In this document: positions 27,679 to 37,857 of the stretch, in pieces
Layout of the letters: each line of letters begins with the position of its first letter
Numbering within the stretch: position 1 is the stretch's first letter
NCBI GenBank assembly: GCA_015490605.1
Contig: WFXL01000005.1
Coordinates: forward strand, 1-56,964
DNA length: 56,964 nt
Reading direction: 5' to 3'
Source of the DNA: Rhodospirillales bacterium
GTDB taxonomy: Bacteria; Pseudomonadota; Alphaproteobacteria; Geminicoccales; Geminicoccaceae
Program-made: the position numbers and the translations under genes
Notes under the pieces: generated by a model
What the model saw: the letters and a program-made list of their open reading frames with translations, nothing else
Told to the model about the DNA's origin: nothing
Databases searched by the model: none

Positions 27679-30009
27679 TCAGAGGGCCGGCTCGGGCAGG
27701 CCCGATTCCTCGGCGGTGCCGCGCTCGGCCCGGCGCCGACGGCCCCGCGGGCGCGCCGCCTCGATCTCGAAGGCGGGCTGATCGTCGCGGACGGTGACCA
27801 GCACCCGGCCGCCCTTGGAAAGGCGTCCGAACAGCAGCTCGTCCGCCAGCGGTCGCTTGATGTGCTCCTGGATCACCCGGGCGAGCGGCCGGGCGCCATA
27901 GAGCGGGTCGTAGCCGCGCTCGGCCAGCCAAGCGCGCGCCGCCTCGTCCACCTCGAGAGAGACGCGGCGGTCGGCCAGCTGGGCGGCCAGCTCGCGCACG
28001 AACTTGTCCACCACCGAGCGGACGATCTCCGGCGTGAGGTGGCGGAAGGGGATGATGGCATCCAGCCGATTGCGGAACTCGGGCGTGAACAGCCGCTTGA
28101 TGGCTTCGGTATCCTCGCCCTCGCGCGCCTCGCGGGCGAAGCCGAAGGCCGGCTTGCTCATGTCGGCCGCGCCGGCGTTGGTGGTCATGATGAGGATGAC
28201 GTTGCGGAAATCGACTGTCTTGCCGTTGTTGTCGGTGAGCTTGCCGTAGTCCATCACCTGCAGGAGGATGTTGAAGACGTCCGGATGGGCCTTCTCGATC
28301 TCGTCCAGCAGCAGCACTGCATGCGGGTGCTGGTCGATGGCATCGGTCAGAAGGCCCCCCTGGTCGAAGCCCACATAGCCGGGCGGGGCGCCGATGAGGC
28401 GCGAGACCGCATGACGCTCCATATATTCGGACATGTCAAAGCGCACCAGCTCGATGCCCATGATGCGGGCGAGCTGGCGCGCCACCTCGGTCTTGCCGAC
28501 CCCGGTGGGGCCGGAGAAGAGGTAGCAGCCGATGGGCTTCTGCGGCTCCCTGAGGCCCGCACGGCTGAGCTTGATGGCGCTCGCCAGGGCCTCGATGGCC
28601 TCGTCCTGGCCGAAGACCACCGACTTGAGTTCGCCCTCGAGGTTGCGCAGGGCCTCGCGGTCGCGGTGGCCGGTGGCCTTGACCGGCACCCGGGCGATCT
28701 TGGAGACGATCTCCTCGATCTCCTTGACCCCGATCACCCGCTTGCGCTGGCTCTCGGGCTTGAGCATCTGGGCCGCGCCGGCCTCGTCGATGATGTCGAT
28801 GGCCTTGTCCGGCAGCTTGCGGTCGTGGATGTAGCGCACCGACAGCTGCACGGCTGCCCGCAGCGCCGCGGTGGTGTACTTCACCCGGTGGTGTTCCTCG
28901 AAGGAGGGCTTGAGGCCCTCGAGGATCCGGACGGTCTCGTCCTCGCTCGGCTCGGGGATGTCGATCTTCTGAAAGCGCCGCACCAGCGCGCGGTCCTTTT
29001 CGAAGTAGTTGCGGAACTCCTTGTAGGTGGTGGAGCCGATGCAGCGCAGGCTGCCGGAGGCGAGCGCCGGCTTGAGGATGTTGGAGGCATCCAGCGAGCC
29101 GCCGCTGGTGGCACCGGCGCCGATCACCGTGTGGATCTCATCGATGAAGAGGATGGCGTTGGGATCGTTCTCGAGCTCGTTGATGACCGCCTTGAGGCGC
29201 TCCTCGAAGTCGCCGCGATAGCGGGTGCCGGCCAAAAGCGCCCCCATATCAAGGGCGTAGATGACGGCGTTCTTGAGCACCTCCGGCACTTCGCCGCGCA
29301 CGATCCGCAGCGCCAGCCCCTCGGCGATGGCGGTCTTGCCCACGCCGGGATCGCCCACGAACAGGGGGTTGTTCTTGGCGCGGCGGCAGAGGATCTGGAT
29401 GGTGCGCTCGATCTCGCGCTCGCGGCCGATGAGCACGTCGATCTTGCCCGCCCGCGCCTTGGCATTGAGATTGGTGCAGTAGGCGTTGAGTGCCTCGCCT
29501 CCCTCCCGCCGTTCCTCGCGTTCGCGTTCGTCCGCTCCGCGCACGCGTCGCTCCTCGCTGAGACCGGGCTTCTTGGCGATGCCGTGGGCGATGAAGTTCA
29601 CGGCATCGAGACGGGTCATGTTCTGTTCATGGAGGAAGTGGACCGCGTGGCTCTCGCGCTCGGAGAACAGCGCCACCAGCACATTGGCGCCGGTGACCTC
29701 GCTCCGGCCGGAGGACTGCACATGGATCGCCGCACGCTGGATCACCCGCTGGAAGCCGGCCGTCGGCTTGGCCTCCACATGGCCGTCCACCACCAGCCCC
29801 TGGAGTTCATGGTCGAGGAAGTCGGTGAGCTGGGCCCGCAGCCGGTCGATCTCCACCGCACAGGCCCGCAGCACCGCCACCGCATCCGGGTCCTCGGTGA
29901 GCGCCAGCAGGAGATGCTCGAGCGTCGCGTACTCGTGCTGCCTGGCATTGGCGAGCGCCAGCGCCCGCCGCAGGGTCTTCTCGAGCGTACGCGATAGCAT
30001 CGGCATCAC
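27679..30009 (-). CDS. clpA: ATP-dependent Clp protease ATP-binding subunit ClpA
   Basis: 776-aa ORF with an N-domain ([33 protein letters not shown]), two AAA+ modules (GDPGVGKT and GPTGVGKT) and no ClpB-type middle domain. Confidence 0.95.
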   Translation of the reverse strand: MMPMLSRTLEKTLRRALALANARQHEYATLEHLLLALTEDPDAVAVLRACAVEIDRLRAQLTDFLDHELQGLVVDGHVEAKPTAGFQRVIQRAAIHVQSSGRSEVTGANVLVALFSERESHAVHFLHEQNMTRLDAVNFIAHGIAKKPGLSEERRVRGADEREREERREGGEALNAYCTNLNAKARAGKIDVLIGREREIERTIQILCRRAKNNPLFVGDPGVGKTAIAEGLALRIVRGEVPEVLKNAVIYALDMGALLAGTRYRGDFEERLKAVINELENDPNAILFIDEIHTVIGAGATSGGSLDASNILKPALASGSLRCIGSTTYKEFRNYFEKDRALVRRFQKIDIPEPSEDETVRILEGLKPSFEEHHRVKYTTAALRAAVQLSVRYIHDRKLPDKAIDIIDEAGAAQMLKPESQRKRVIGVKEIEEIVSKIARVPVKATGHRDREALRNLEGELKSVVFGQDEAIEALASAIKLSRAGLREPQKPIGCYLFSGPTGVGKTEVARQLARIMGIELVRFDMSEYMERHAVSRLIGAPPGYVGFDQGGLLTDAIDQHPHAVLLLDEIEKAHPDVFNILLQVMDYGKLTDNNGKTVDFRNVILIMTTNAGAADMSKPAFGFAREAREGEDTEAIKRLFTPEFRNRLDAIIPFRHLTPEIVRSVVDKFVRELAAQLADRRVSLEVDEAARAWLAERGYDPLYGARPLARVIQEHIKRPLADELLFGRLSKGGRVLVTVRDDQPAFEIEAARPRGRRRRAERGTAEESGLPEPAL

Positions 30010-30069
30010 CTCCGCTCCTCATTCCGGCCCCGCGGGCCTGCGTTCCTCCCGGTCCAGATGGCCAAGCGT

Positions 30070-30402
30070 CTACTCCTTTTCCATCGTGCACTGCAGCGGA
30101 TGCTGATGCTGCCGCGCATATTCGATCACCTGGGCGACCTTGGTCTCGGCCACCTCATAGGTGTACACCCCGCACACACCGACCCCATGGTGGTGGACAT
30201 GCAGCATGATGCGGGTGGCTTCCTCCGGATCCTTGTGGAAGAACTTCTGCAGCACGTGGACGACGAAGTCCATCGGGGTGAAGTCGTCATTCAGCATCAG
30301 CACCTTGTACATCGACGGGCGCTTGGTCCGCGTCCGTGGCTCGGCCACGACGGCCCCACGCGTCCCCTCGTCCCCGCCATGCTGAGGCGGCTTCGGAGTC
30401 AT
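30070..30402 (-). CDS. clpS: ATP-dependent Clp protease adaptor ClpS
   Basis: [62 protein letters not shown] 30402 follows GGTGGAGGAA. It lies directly upstream of clpA. Confidence 0.9.
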   Translation of the reverse strand: MTPKPPQHGGDEGTRGAVVAEPRTRTKRPSMYKVLMLNDDFTPMDFVVHVLQKFFHKDPEEATRIMLHVHHHGVGVCGVYTYEVAETKVAQVIEYARQHQHPLQCTMEKE

Positions 30403-30619
30403 GCCGCTGGTTCCTCCACCTCGGCTCTCCGGACCAAGGGAATCATAGCGCGATCCCCCGACCCGACAAATCCCCTTCGCACCAGGACCCGCGGGTGGCC
30501 TCGGCGGTGAGTGTGGCCCACCAAACCCCAAGATTCGGTTAGCATGGCGACAGCAACGGCCGGCAGCGGGCGGATCCGGCACGGCGATCGCACGCGGGGC
30601 CGGCAATGCGGGGAGGTGG

Positions 30620-31564
30620 ATGATGCGGACGGTTGCGGTGGTGGGTTGCGGTCTGGTGGGCCGGGCGTGGGCGGTGTCCTTCGCCCGCGGTGGCTTCGAG
30701 GTGCGGCTGTGGGATCCCGCGCCGGGCGTGGCCGAGGAGGCAGCCCGCTGGGCGCGGGAGATGCTGTTTGAGCTCGCCCACTTCGCGCTGGTGGAGGGTG
30801 CGGGTGAGGCGGCAGCCGGCCTGCGCCCGGTGGCCGCCCTCGAAGACGCGGTGGCGGCGGCCGATCACGTCCAGGAGAGCGCGCCCGAGCGGGAGGAGGT
30901 CAAGCGCGCCCTGTTCCAACGGCTCGATTCCCTGGCCCCGGCCACGGCCGTGCTGGCTTCCTCCTCCTCGGGCATTCCCGCCTCCAGCTTTGCCGCCCAT
31001 CTGCCGGGCCGGGCGCGCTGTCTGGTGGCCCATCCGGTCAACCCGCCCTGTCTCGTGCCGGTGGTGGAGCTGGTGCCGGCGCCCTTTACCGCCGAGGCGA
31101 CGGTGGCGCGGGCCGAGGAGGTGATGCTGCGGGCGGGGCAGGTGCCGGTCAGGGTGCGCCGGGAGATCCCGGGCTTCGTTCTCAACCGGCTGCAGGCGGC
31201 GCTTTTGGGCGAGGCCTTCGAGCTCGTGCGCGAGGGCTATGTGTCGGTGGAGGACCTGGACCGGACGGTGCGCGATGGCCTCGGCCTGCGCTGGGCCTTC
31301 ATGGGGCCCTTCGAGACCATCGACCTCAATGCGCCCGGCGGCGTGCGCGACTATGTCGCGCGTTACGGTGCGCTGCTGGCGGCGCTGCAGCGCCCGCGCT
31401 GTACCCCACGGCCGTGGGACGAACCGCTCATAAGCCAAATCGAGCACGAACGCCGCCAGCGGCTGCCGGCCGCGGCGCTCCCGGCACGCCGGCGCTGGCG
31501 CGACCGCCGGCTGATGGCGCTCCTCGCCCACAGGCACGAGGCCGAGCGCCGCTTCGGCCGCTGA
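30620..31564 (+). CDS. 3-hydroxyacyl-CoA dehydrogenase family oxidoreductase (L-gulonate 3-dehydrogenase/lambda-crystallin-like)
   Basis: It has a Rossmann N-terminus [28 protein letters not shown], plus HPVNPP and GFVLNRLQ blocks. Confidence 0.8.
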   Translation: MMRTVAVVGCGLVGRAWAVSFARGGFEVRLWDPAPGVAEEAARWAREMLFELAHFALVEGAGEAAAGLRPVAALEDAVAAADHVQESAPEREEVKRALFQRLDSLAPATAVLASSSSGIPASSFAAHLPGRARCLVAHPVNPPCLVPVVELVPAPFTAEATVARAEEVMLRAGQVPVRVRREIPGFVLNRLQAALLGEAFELVREGYVSVEDLDRTVRDGLGLRWAFMGPFETIDLNAPGGVRDYVARYGALLAALQRPRCTPRPWDEPLISQIEHERRQRLPAAALPARRRWRDRRLMALLAHRHEAERRFGR

Positions 31565-31580
31565 GGGCCTAGAGGTGGGT

Positions 31581-32375
31581 CTAGGTATCGGTGCTCTGCT
31601 GCTGCCAGCGGCGCAGCCAGCCGAGCCCCTCCTCGGTGCCGTGGCGCGGGCGGTACTCCAGGCCCACCCAGCCGGCATAGCCGAGCTCATCGAGCCGGCG
31701 GAAGATCCATTCATAGTGGATCTCGCCCACATCGGGCTCATGCCGCCCGGGCACGCCCGCGATCTGCACATGTTCCACCAGCGGCCGCATCTCCTCGAAG
31801 CGGCGGGTGAGATCGCCCTGCATTCGCTGGGTGTGGTAGAAGTCGAACTGGAACCGCACGTTCTCCTGTGCCACCGCCGTGAGGATGCGCCGAGCCTGTT
31901 CGTGGGTGGTGAGGACATAGCCCGGCATGTCGTAGCTGTTGATGGGCTCGAGGCAGAGGCGGATCCCGAGCGGCCGGGCACGCTCCGCCGCCCAGCGGAG
32001 ATTGTCGATGAACACCCGCTCGCACTCATCCACCGCCACCCCCTCCGGCACCACCCCGGCCATCACATGGAGCCGCGGGCAGTCGAGCTCGCCGGCATAG
32101 TCGAGGGCGCGCTCGAAGCTTTGGCGGAAGTCGGCTTCGCGTCCCGGCACGGCAGCAAGCCCGCGCTCGCCCCGGTCCCAGTCGCCTGGTGGGGTGTTGA
32201 ACAGCACCACCTGCAGCGCCGCCTCATCGCGCATGTGACGCACCGCCGCGACATCGAAGGCGTAGGGGAACATGAACTCCACCGCCTGGAAGCCGGCCGC
32301 GCGGGCACGCTCGAAGCGCTCCAGGAAGGGCACTTCGTGGAACATCATCGAGAGATTGGCCGCAAAGCGGGGCAT
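31581..32375 (-). CDS. hyi: Hydroxypyruvate isomerase family TIM-barrel protein (Hyi/OtnI-like)
   Basis: MPRFAANLSMMFHEVPFLERFERARAAGFQAVEFMFPY......EPIN......HVQIAGVPGRHEP..GE..Y. Confidence 0.8.
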   Translation of the reverse strand: MPRFAANLSMMFHEVPFLERFERARAAGFQAVEFMFPYAFDVAAVRHMRDEAALQVVLFNTPPGDWDRGERGLAAVPGREADFRQSFERALDYAGELDCPRLHVMAGVVPEGVAVDECERVFIDNLRWAAERARPLGIRLCLEPINSYDMPGYVLTTHEQARRILTAVAQENVRFQFDFYHTQRMQGDLTRRFEEMRPLVEHVQIAGVPGRHEPDVGEIHYEWIFRRLDELGYAGWVGLEYRPRHGTEEGLGWLRRWQQQSTDT

Positions 32376-32461
32376 GGGACCTCTCCCGGACCAGCGACCC
32401 CCTCAGCGAAGCGGATTCGGCCGACGAGGTAAAGCACCCCGAACAGCACGCCTGCCTGGGA

Positions 32462-32668
32462 TCAGGCGAGCTCGAGGGTGCCGTCCACCTCGAAGCGGAG
32501 GTCGAGACCCTCCACCTGCACCGTCGCCCGCACCGAAAGCCGGGCATCCGGCGGGATCCGGCCCGCCCGTACCGCCTCGGCGACAGCGCGCTCGAGCTCG
32601 CGCTGGGCGGTCACGCCGAACTTCTTGAGGAACTTGCGCACGCTCATATTGAGCACGTCCTCGTTCAC
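32462..32668 (-). CDS. Small conserved hypothetical protein (68 aa)
   Basis: VNEDVLNMSVRKFLKKFGVTAQRELERAV.... GTG 32668 follows GGGAGGGGAAGCG. It lies 17 nt downstream of the preceding gene. I recall this pattern as a DUF family (DUF6494), unverified. Confidence 0.55.
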   Translation of the reverse strand: MNEDVLNMSVRKFLKKFGVTAQRELERAVAEAVRAGRIPPDARLSVRATVQVEGLDLRFEVDGTLELA

Positions 32669-32684
32669 CGCTTCCCCTCCCACG

Positions 32685-33704
32685 CTAGGACGCCTGCCCA
32701 AGCGGCAGATTGACCAGCAGGTTCTGCGGTTTCATCCGCAACCTTCCGCTCTCGTCGCAGGCCAGGCCGAGATACACCGGCCGCCCCCGCATCTCCTCCA
32801 GCACCACCGCCGGCTCTCGAAAGTCCAGGCGAAACAGAGCCAGAAGCCGCCCGAGGCGGGTCTCGTCCACCTCCGCTCCGCGATAGAGGTCGTTGAGCAG
32901 CGCCGTGGCCTCGGCATCGAGGCCCACGTGCCAGCGCCAACGCTGATCCCGCACCTGGGCGAGCGGCTGGATCCGAACCTCCACATCCAACAGCCGCAGC
33001 ACCCACGCCTCCAGGAGCCGGCAGAGGGCATCGAGCCCCTCGCGGCCGAAGCTCAGATCCAGCACCCAACGCTCGGGTGCGGGGTCGTCGAGGAAGGCTG
33101 TGGCCGTGGTGGCGCCCAGCACCGGCAGCTCCGGCGGCACCAGTCCGCCGCCTGCCGCCTGCACCAGGGCACCAAGGCTGCCAAAGGCGCGATCCGGTCG
33201 ATGGCGCGCCACCGCCTCGACATCGGCCACCAGCACGCCGGCCTCGGTGAAAGCCACCTGGTGCGGGCGGAAGAACAGCAGCGCTGCGCGCCGGCGGAAG
33301 GGATCAGGCGTGGGTGATGGGGCAAGGATGGCGGCGAGGATCAGGCGCGCGAGCTCATCGGCGAACACCATGGGCAGCCGCACCTCGCCGAGAAACAGGG
33401 CGAGATAGGCCTCCTCAAGGGTGGAATGGCGCAGCAGATGGTCGCGAAAGCGGGCGAAGAGTTCCCAGTTCTCGCGCGCATCGGCATCCCGGATGCGCAG
33501 CAGTGTGACCGGCGTGATGGGGGTGCGCGGATCGGCCGCAAGCGCCCGGTGGAGCGCATGTTCCTGCGGGCAGCTCTCCGCCACCAGGGTGAGCTCGGGC
33601 CGTGCGAGCTGGGCGCGCAGCCAATTGTCCGTCACCACCAGGCGCCCGCGCGCATCGCGGGCCAGCAGCTCGAGCCCCGCCTCGAGCCAGCCACCCGCGC
33701 TCAC
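32685..33704 (-). CDS. Conserved hypothetical protein (339 aa)
   Basis: The in-frame GTG at 33704 overlaps the upstream stop (GTGA). The translation is VSAGGWLEAGLELLARDARGRLVVTDNWLRAQLARPELTLV.... I cannot assign a catalytic motif. The track ORF start at 34115 is too long and overlaps the neighbour. Confidence 0.6.
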   Translation of the reverse strand: MSAGGWLEAGLELLARDARGRLVVTDNWLRAQLARPELTLVAESCPQEHALHRALAADPRTPITPVTLLRIRDADARENWELFARFRDHLLRHSTLEEAYLALFLGEVRLPMVFADELARLILAAILAPSPTPDPFRRRAALLFFRPHQVAFTEAGVLVADVEAVARHRPDRAFGSLGALVQAAGGGLVPPELPVLGATTATAFLDDPAPERWVLDLSFGREGLDALCRLLEAWVLRLLDVEVRIQPLAQVRDQRWRWHVGLDAEATALLNDLYRGAEVDETRLGRLLALFRLDFREPAVVLEEMRGRPVYLGLACDESGRLRMKPQNLLVNLPLGQAS

Positions 33705-34189
33705 GGCGTGTCGTCCTCCTCTTCGGGCACCAGGGCGAACACCCGCCCCGGCGGCAGCCGCCCGGGGTCGATGGTGCGAAAGCGCTCGCGCACGCCCGCC
33801 TCCTCCAGCGTCCGCTCCACCACGATCAGCGTTCCCGGCGGATGGTCGGCGATCTCGCAGGCGAAGTCGAGCTCCGCCCGCGCCACCGGCCGGGCGGCGG
33901 CGAGATCGGGCGCGCCGTAATGCTGGACGAAATGGTGCGCGAGCCGTTCGGTGAGCGCATCCAGGGTCGCGCCATCCACCGGTGCCACCTGCACCAGGGT
34001 CGACCAGCCGAAGCTCGAAAGCCCCAGAAAGCCGCGGCGAAAGGCCTGATAGCGGCGCCCCACCAGCGTCTCGGGGGTATCCCGGGCGAAGGCGAAGCCG
34101 CCGGGAATCGCCCACTCACCGGGCTCGGCCGCCCGCTCGAACACCTGCAGATCGCTGTCATCCAGCCGGATGGTCCGAAGCAGCCTCAC
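33701..34189 (-). CDS. Conserved hypothetical protein (162 aa)
   Basis: GTG 34189 overlaps the upstream stop (GTGA). The translation is VRLLRTIRLDDSDLQVFERAAEPGEWAIPGGFAF.... I recall this N-terminal pattern as a DUF family (DUF6505), unverified. Confidence 0.6.
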   Translation of the reverse strand: MRLLRTIRLDDSDLQVFERAAEPGEWAIPGGFAFARDTPETLVGRRYQAFRRGFLGLSSFGWSTLVQVAPVDGATLDALTERLAHHFVQHYGAPDLAAARPVARAELDFACEIADHPPGTLIVVERTLEEAGVRERFRTIDPGRLPPGRVFALVPEEEDDTP

Positions 34190-34914
34190 GCCCACACCTC
34201 CTCGCCCGCCAGCACCGCCGGCGGCAGCTCCCACAGGCCGATGGCGCGCTCGCCCAGGCGAAAACACCCAGCCTCATCAAGGCCGCCCACGGTGCCGGCA
34301 ACATTGCCGGTCCTAAGCTGCAGGCGCCGGCTTTGGCCGCGTTCATCGCAGCGCTCATTCCAGGCCCGCTGGATCACGGCGAAACCATATTGTTCCAGCC
34401 GGTCGAACCAGAACAGGAAATGCCGCGCCACCGCCTCCACGAAGCGCGCCACCGGCACCTCCAGCGCCCCCGCACCTCGCAGGCTGATGCGATCGGGCCG
34501 TTCGTGGTCGGGATCGGGCTCGCTCACCTCGGCCTCGAGGCCGAAGACAATCCAGCGCGGATGGCCGTCAGGGGCGGTTTCGCGGGGCCAGGCCAAGGGC
34601 GTGCGCGCGAGCTCGAACATGTCGAAGGTGATGACCAGCGGCCAGCGCAGCGCCAGCGGATAGGCCGCCTCGGTATAGGCCCCCAGCGCATCGCCACAGG
34701 CCACCTGGAAGGCGTAGAAGGCCTTGAGGGTCTGTTTGAGGTCGGCCTCGGGCTCCAGCACCAGGGCGAGTTCCAGCCGATCGGCCCGCTCACGCCAGAA
34801 GAGGGTGCCATCCTCGGCTCCCGCCGCGGCGGCGGCGACGGCGTGGGGGAAGGCCGGCTGGTCGCCCGCCAGCACCGCCAGCTCATAGGCGGTGGGGACT
34901 TCGGGCTTGACCAT
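34186..34914 (-). CDS. Biotin/lipoate protein ligase-like (BPL/LplA/LipB-fold, DUF4444-type) protein lacking obvious BirA catalytic motifs
   Basis: GTLFWRERADRLELALVLEPE......LRWPLVITFD......WIVFGLEAEV......FVEAVARHFLFWFDRLEQYGFAVIQRAWNERC matches my memory of the alphaproteobacterial 'biotin/lipoate-protein ligase family' pattern. I place the start at ATG 34914. Confidence 0.55.
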   Translation of the reverse strand: MVKPEVPTAYELAVLAGDQPAFPHAVAAAAAGAEDGTLFWRERADRLELALVLEPEADLKQTLKAFYAFQVACGDALGAYTEAAYPLALRWPLVITFDMFELARTPLAWPRETAPDGHPRWIVFGLEAEVSEPDPDHERPDRISLRGAGALEVPVARFVEAVARHFLFWFDRLEQYGFAVIQRAWNERCDERGQSRRLQLRTGNVAGTVGGLDEAGCFRLGERAIGLWELPPAVLAGEEVWA

Positions 34915-34976
34915 TCGCGCGCGAGCCTCCCTCTGGCAGCGGAACCCCCAAGAGGGGCTTATGGCGCCCACGGCCG

Positions 34977-36356
34977 ATGTCCAGATCACGCCGGCTCGAA
35001 TTCCCCATCGGCAGCCCGCTCTACCACACCGCCCTCAACGATCCCGCCAACCCGCCGGCGACCTACTGGCACGCCACTGGCGGGCCGGTGCCGGTGGCGG
35101 TGGACCCGCTCCGGCGTGAGGTGACGGCGGAGGTGGCGGTGATCGGCGGCGGCTACACCGGGCTTGTAGCCGCCCTCAGGCTCGCGCGGCAGTTCGATGT
35201 GGAGGTGCGGGTGCTGGAGGCGGGCCCCATCGGCTGGGGCGCCTCGGGCCGCAACGGCGGCTTCTGCACCCTGGGCGGCACCGCCCGCGACTGGGCGGAG
35301 ATCGACCGCCGCTTCGGCGTGGCGGAGGCGCGGGCCGTGTTCGCGGCTCAGCGCCGGTCGGTGGAGCTGGTGCGGGAGCTGGCCGCCGCCCACCGGATCG
35401 ACCTCAGGGCCACGGGCGCGGGCGAATATGTGGTAGCGCACAAGCCCTCGCGGGTGGACGGGCTTGCCCGCGAAGCGGCGTTCGTGGCCGAGCTCGTGGG
35501 CGAGCGCTTCGAGCTGCTCACCCCTGATGAGCTGCGCGCGCGCGGCATCGCGTTGGCGGAGGCCTATGGCGCGCTCCACATCCCCCACGCCTTCGGCCTT
35601 CATCCCCTGCGCTATCTCCGCGGTCTCTGTCGGGCGGCGGTGGAACATGGCGCGCGGGTGCACGAGCGCACGCCGGTGGTAAGCTGGGAATATGCCGGCG
35701 GCTGGCACCGGCTGACTACGCCCGGCGGTGCGGTGCGGGCGCGGCGGGTGCTGGTGGCCACCAATGGCTGGACGCCCGAGGGGCTGCGGCCGGAGCTGGC
35801 CGGCCGGGTGCTGCCGGTGCTCTCCTCCATCCTGGTAACCCGCCCGCTCACCCCCGGCGAGCGCGAGGCCCAGGGCTGGGTGCAGCCGGCGCTGGTGGCC
35901 GATACCCGCGAGCTTTTGTTCTACATCCGCCTGCTGGAGGATGGGCGCATCCTCTTCGGCGCGCGTGGCGGCACCCGTGGGGATGAGAGCGCCTTCGCCC
36001 GGCGCATGGCCTGGCTGGAAGCGCGCTTTCGCGAGCGCTTTCCCGCTCTCGCCCATGTGCGCGCGGAGTTCGGTTGGTGGGGGCTGGTGGCCTTCGCCCG
36101 CGACCGCCTGCCCCATCTGGTGCGGCTCGAATCACCGCCGGCGAGCCTGGTGGCGCTGGCCTATCACGGCAGCGGCATCGCCATGGCGACGCTGCTGGGC
36201 TGGCATGCCGCCGCCGACATCCTGGGGCGCGAGGATGAGCCGCCGCTTCCGGCCTGTTTCCGCCGGCCGCTCCGCCGCTTTCCACTGCCGGCGCTGCGCC
36301 TTCACTATCTGCGGGCGGCCATGGCGCTGGCGGCCGCCCGCGACGCCTGGTGGTAG
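34977..36356 (+). CDS. FAD-dependent oxidoreductase (DAO family, gamma-glutamylputrescine oxidase-like)
   Basis: It has the dinucleotide-binding motif VAVIGGGYTGLVAALRLA and ...WGASGRNGGF. Confidence 0.85.
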   Translation: MSRSRRLEFPIGSPLYHTALNDPANPPATYWHATGGPVPVAVDPLRREVTAEVAVIGGGYTGLVAALRLARQFDVEVRVLEAGPIGWGASGRNGGFCTLGGTARDWAEIDRRFGVAEARAVFAAQRRSVELVRELAAAHRIDLRATGAGEYVVAHKPSRVDGLAREAAFVAELVGERFELLTPDELRARGIALAEAYGALHIPHAFGLHPLRYLRGLCRAAVEHGARVHERTPVVSWEYAGGWHRLTTPGGAVRARRVLVATNGWTPEGLRPELAGRVLPVLSSILVTRPLTPGEREAQGWVQPALVADTRELLFYIRLLEDGRILFGARGGTRGDESAFARRMAWLEARFRERFPALAHVRAEFGWWGLVAFARDRLPHLVRLESPPASLVALAYHGSGIAMATLLGWHAAADILGREDEPPLPACFRRPLRRFPLPALRLHYLRAAMALAAARDAWW

Positions 36357-36424
36357 CCCCAGCTTCCGCCGCACCCCGGATTTCATTAGAGTACAGCCGT
36401 AGCCGTCTCACCGGGAGGGAGCTC

Positions 36425-37741
36425 ATGCGGCAGCCGATGGGATGGGCCGCGCTGCTGCTCCTGGGGCTGTGGTCGCTGGCAGCAGAAGCCAGCATTCTCC
36501 TGGAGGATGTGCGCTTTCGGCCCGAGCGGGTGGCGCCGGGCGAGCGTGTGCGGGTGGCGGTCACCCTGCGCAATACGGGCGAGCGACGCGCCCCGGCGCT
36601 GCGGGTGCTGTTCGTGCGCGCGGGCGAGGCGGGCGGGGATGTGGCCTTTGCCGTGAACTTCCGCGGTCGCGCCCGGCCGCGGCCGGGCGAGGCCATCACC
36701 CGCAGCAAGCGGGTTCCCGCGCGCGAGGTGCGCACCCCCGGGCGGCGCTGCTATCAGGTGCTGGTGGTCCCCCGCCGGGGTGGCGAGGGTAGGCTGCCGC
36801 TGGCCCGCGCCAGCGCCTGTTTCACCGTGACGGGCGGTGCAGGGGCGGGCGAAGGGGCGATGGACACACCACCGGAAGACCCCGGTGCGGCTCCAGGCGA
36901 AGAGGCCGACGGCGCGCTCCTGCCAGTGGTCCGGAGTGCTGTCGCCACCCGGCTCGTGGGAGCGGGTGCCTACGGCTTCGAGCTCACCGTCGCCCATCCC
37001 GAGGCCCGGTGGGGACCACCCACCCGGACCACCCCGGCAGGACGTCTCGAGCTGTGGCTGGTGGGGGAGGGGCGGCGCCTCGGCGAGGTGGACCTGCCCG
37101 AGCTGCGGCCGGGCGAGATGCGGCGGGTGGGCGCCACCCTCTGGGCGCCCATCCCCTGGGGGCGCTGTGCCCACCTCTTCTTCGAGGACCAGGTCGACCA
37201 ACTGGCCCGCCTCTGCGTGGGCCAGCCGGAGCTGCGGGTGGTGGCCTGGATCGATCAGTATCGGGTGCTGGAAAACGGCGTCGCGGCAGCGCAAGCGCGC
37301 ACACGTGTCCGCTTCGTGCTGTGGTGCGGGGCCTGGCGCGATTGCCCCGGCAGCGACTGGAGCGACACCAGCCTCACCGTTGCCGATGGGGATTCCGGCA
37401 CGCGCCTTCCCGCCACCGTCTGGCGGCAGATCCGAGCCGGCGATCGGCCCACTTTCCAGCTGCTGTGGCAGGTGACCTCGGCGCCTGCAGGCGCGCCCGC
37501 GGGCGCGGGTTCGGGACGGTGGAACGCGAACGTGCCCTATCGTGTGCTTCTGGGTGCCGCCCAGCGGGGCCGCCCGTACCGTCTCAAGGGCGGGGTGTTT
37601 GATCAGGCCTGCCGCCGCGATCCCGACTCCTACCGCCATTGTCTGCGGGTGGCGCTGGTGGCGGCCTTCGACCCTACGCCCGTCGGGGTGGAGGTGGTGG
37701 TGCGACAAGGCGGCACCCCCACGCGGCGCCCCGGCCCCTGA
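36425..37741 (+). CDS. Secreted hypothetical protein (signal peptide, CARDB-like N-terminal beta domain)
   Basis: ATG 36425 follows GGGAGGGAG. It has a signal peptide MRQPMGWAALLLLGLWSLAAEA and high GC3 on this strand. The N-terminal segment VRVAVTLRNTGERRAPALRVLF resembles CARDB-type domains. Confidence 0.6.
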   Translation: MRQPMGWAALLLLGLWSLAAEASILLEDVRFRPERVAPGERVRVAVTLRNTGERRAPALRVLFVRAGEAGGDVAFAVNFRGRARPRPGEAITRSKRVPAREVRTPGRRCYQVLVVPRRGGEGRLPLARASACFTVTGGAGAGEGAMDTPPEDPGAAPGEEADGALLPVVRSAVATRLVGAGAYGFELTVAHPEARWGPPTRTTPAGRLELWLVGEGRRLGEVDLPELRPGEMRRVGATLWAPIPWGRCAHLFFEDQVDQLARLCVGQPELRVVAWIDQYRVLENGVAAAQARTRVRFVLWCGAWRDCPGSDWSDTSLTVADGDSGTRLPATVWRQIRAGDRPTFQLLWQVTSAPAGAPAGAGSGRWNANVPYRVLLGAAQRGRPYRLKGGVFDQACRRDPDSYRHCLRVALVAAFDPTPVGVEVVVRQGGTPTRRPGP

Positions 37742-37781
37742 GGGGGCGTGCCGCCATGGGCCGGTGGTGATCGGGGCGCGT

Positions 37782-37810
37782 TGAACTGGCGCGTAAGGAT
37801 TCCCACTCTA
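37782..37810 (+). promoter_or_regulatory. Sigma32 (RpoH)-type heat-shock promoter for htpG
   Basis: TTGAA (37782..37786) -N16- CCCACTCT (37803..37810), about 50 nt upstream of the htpG ATG. Confidence 0.55.
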
Positions 37811-37857
37811 GCGGGCGGAGTGGTGGGGCCTCTGCCAGCGAGGGAGCGCGCACATTC

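Noticed and set aside
27862-29997. 711-aa + strand ORF
   Set aside because: It is antisense to clpA.
30539-32029. 496-aa minus-strand ORF
   Set aside because: It is antisense to the 3-hydroxyacyl-CoA dehydrogenase-like gene and out of frame with hyi. It is low-complexity.
36386-37708. 440-aa minus-strand ORF
   Set aside because: The opposite (+) frame has the signal peptide, the SD and much higher GC3, so the + strand gene is preferred.
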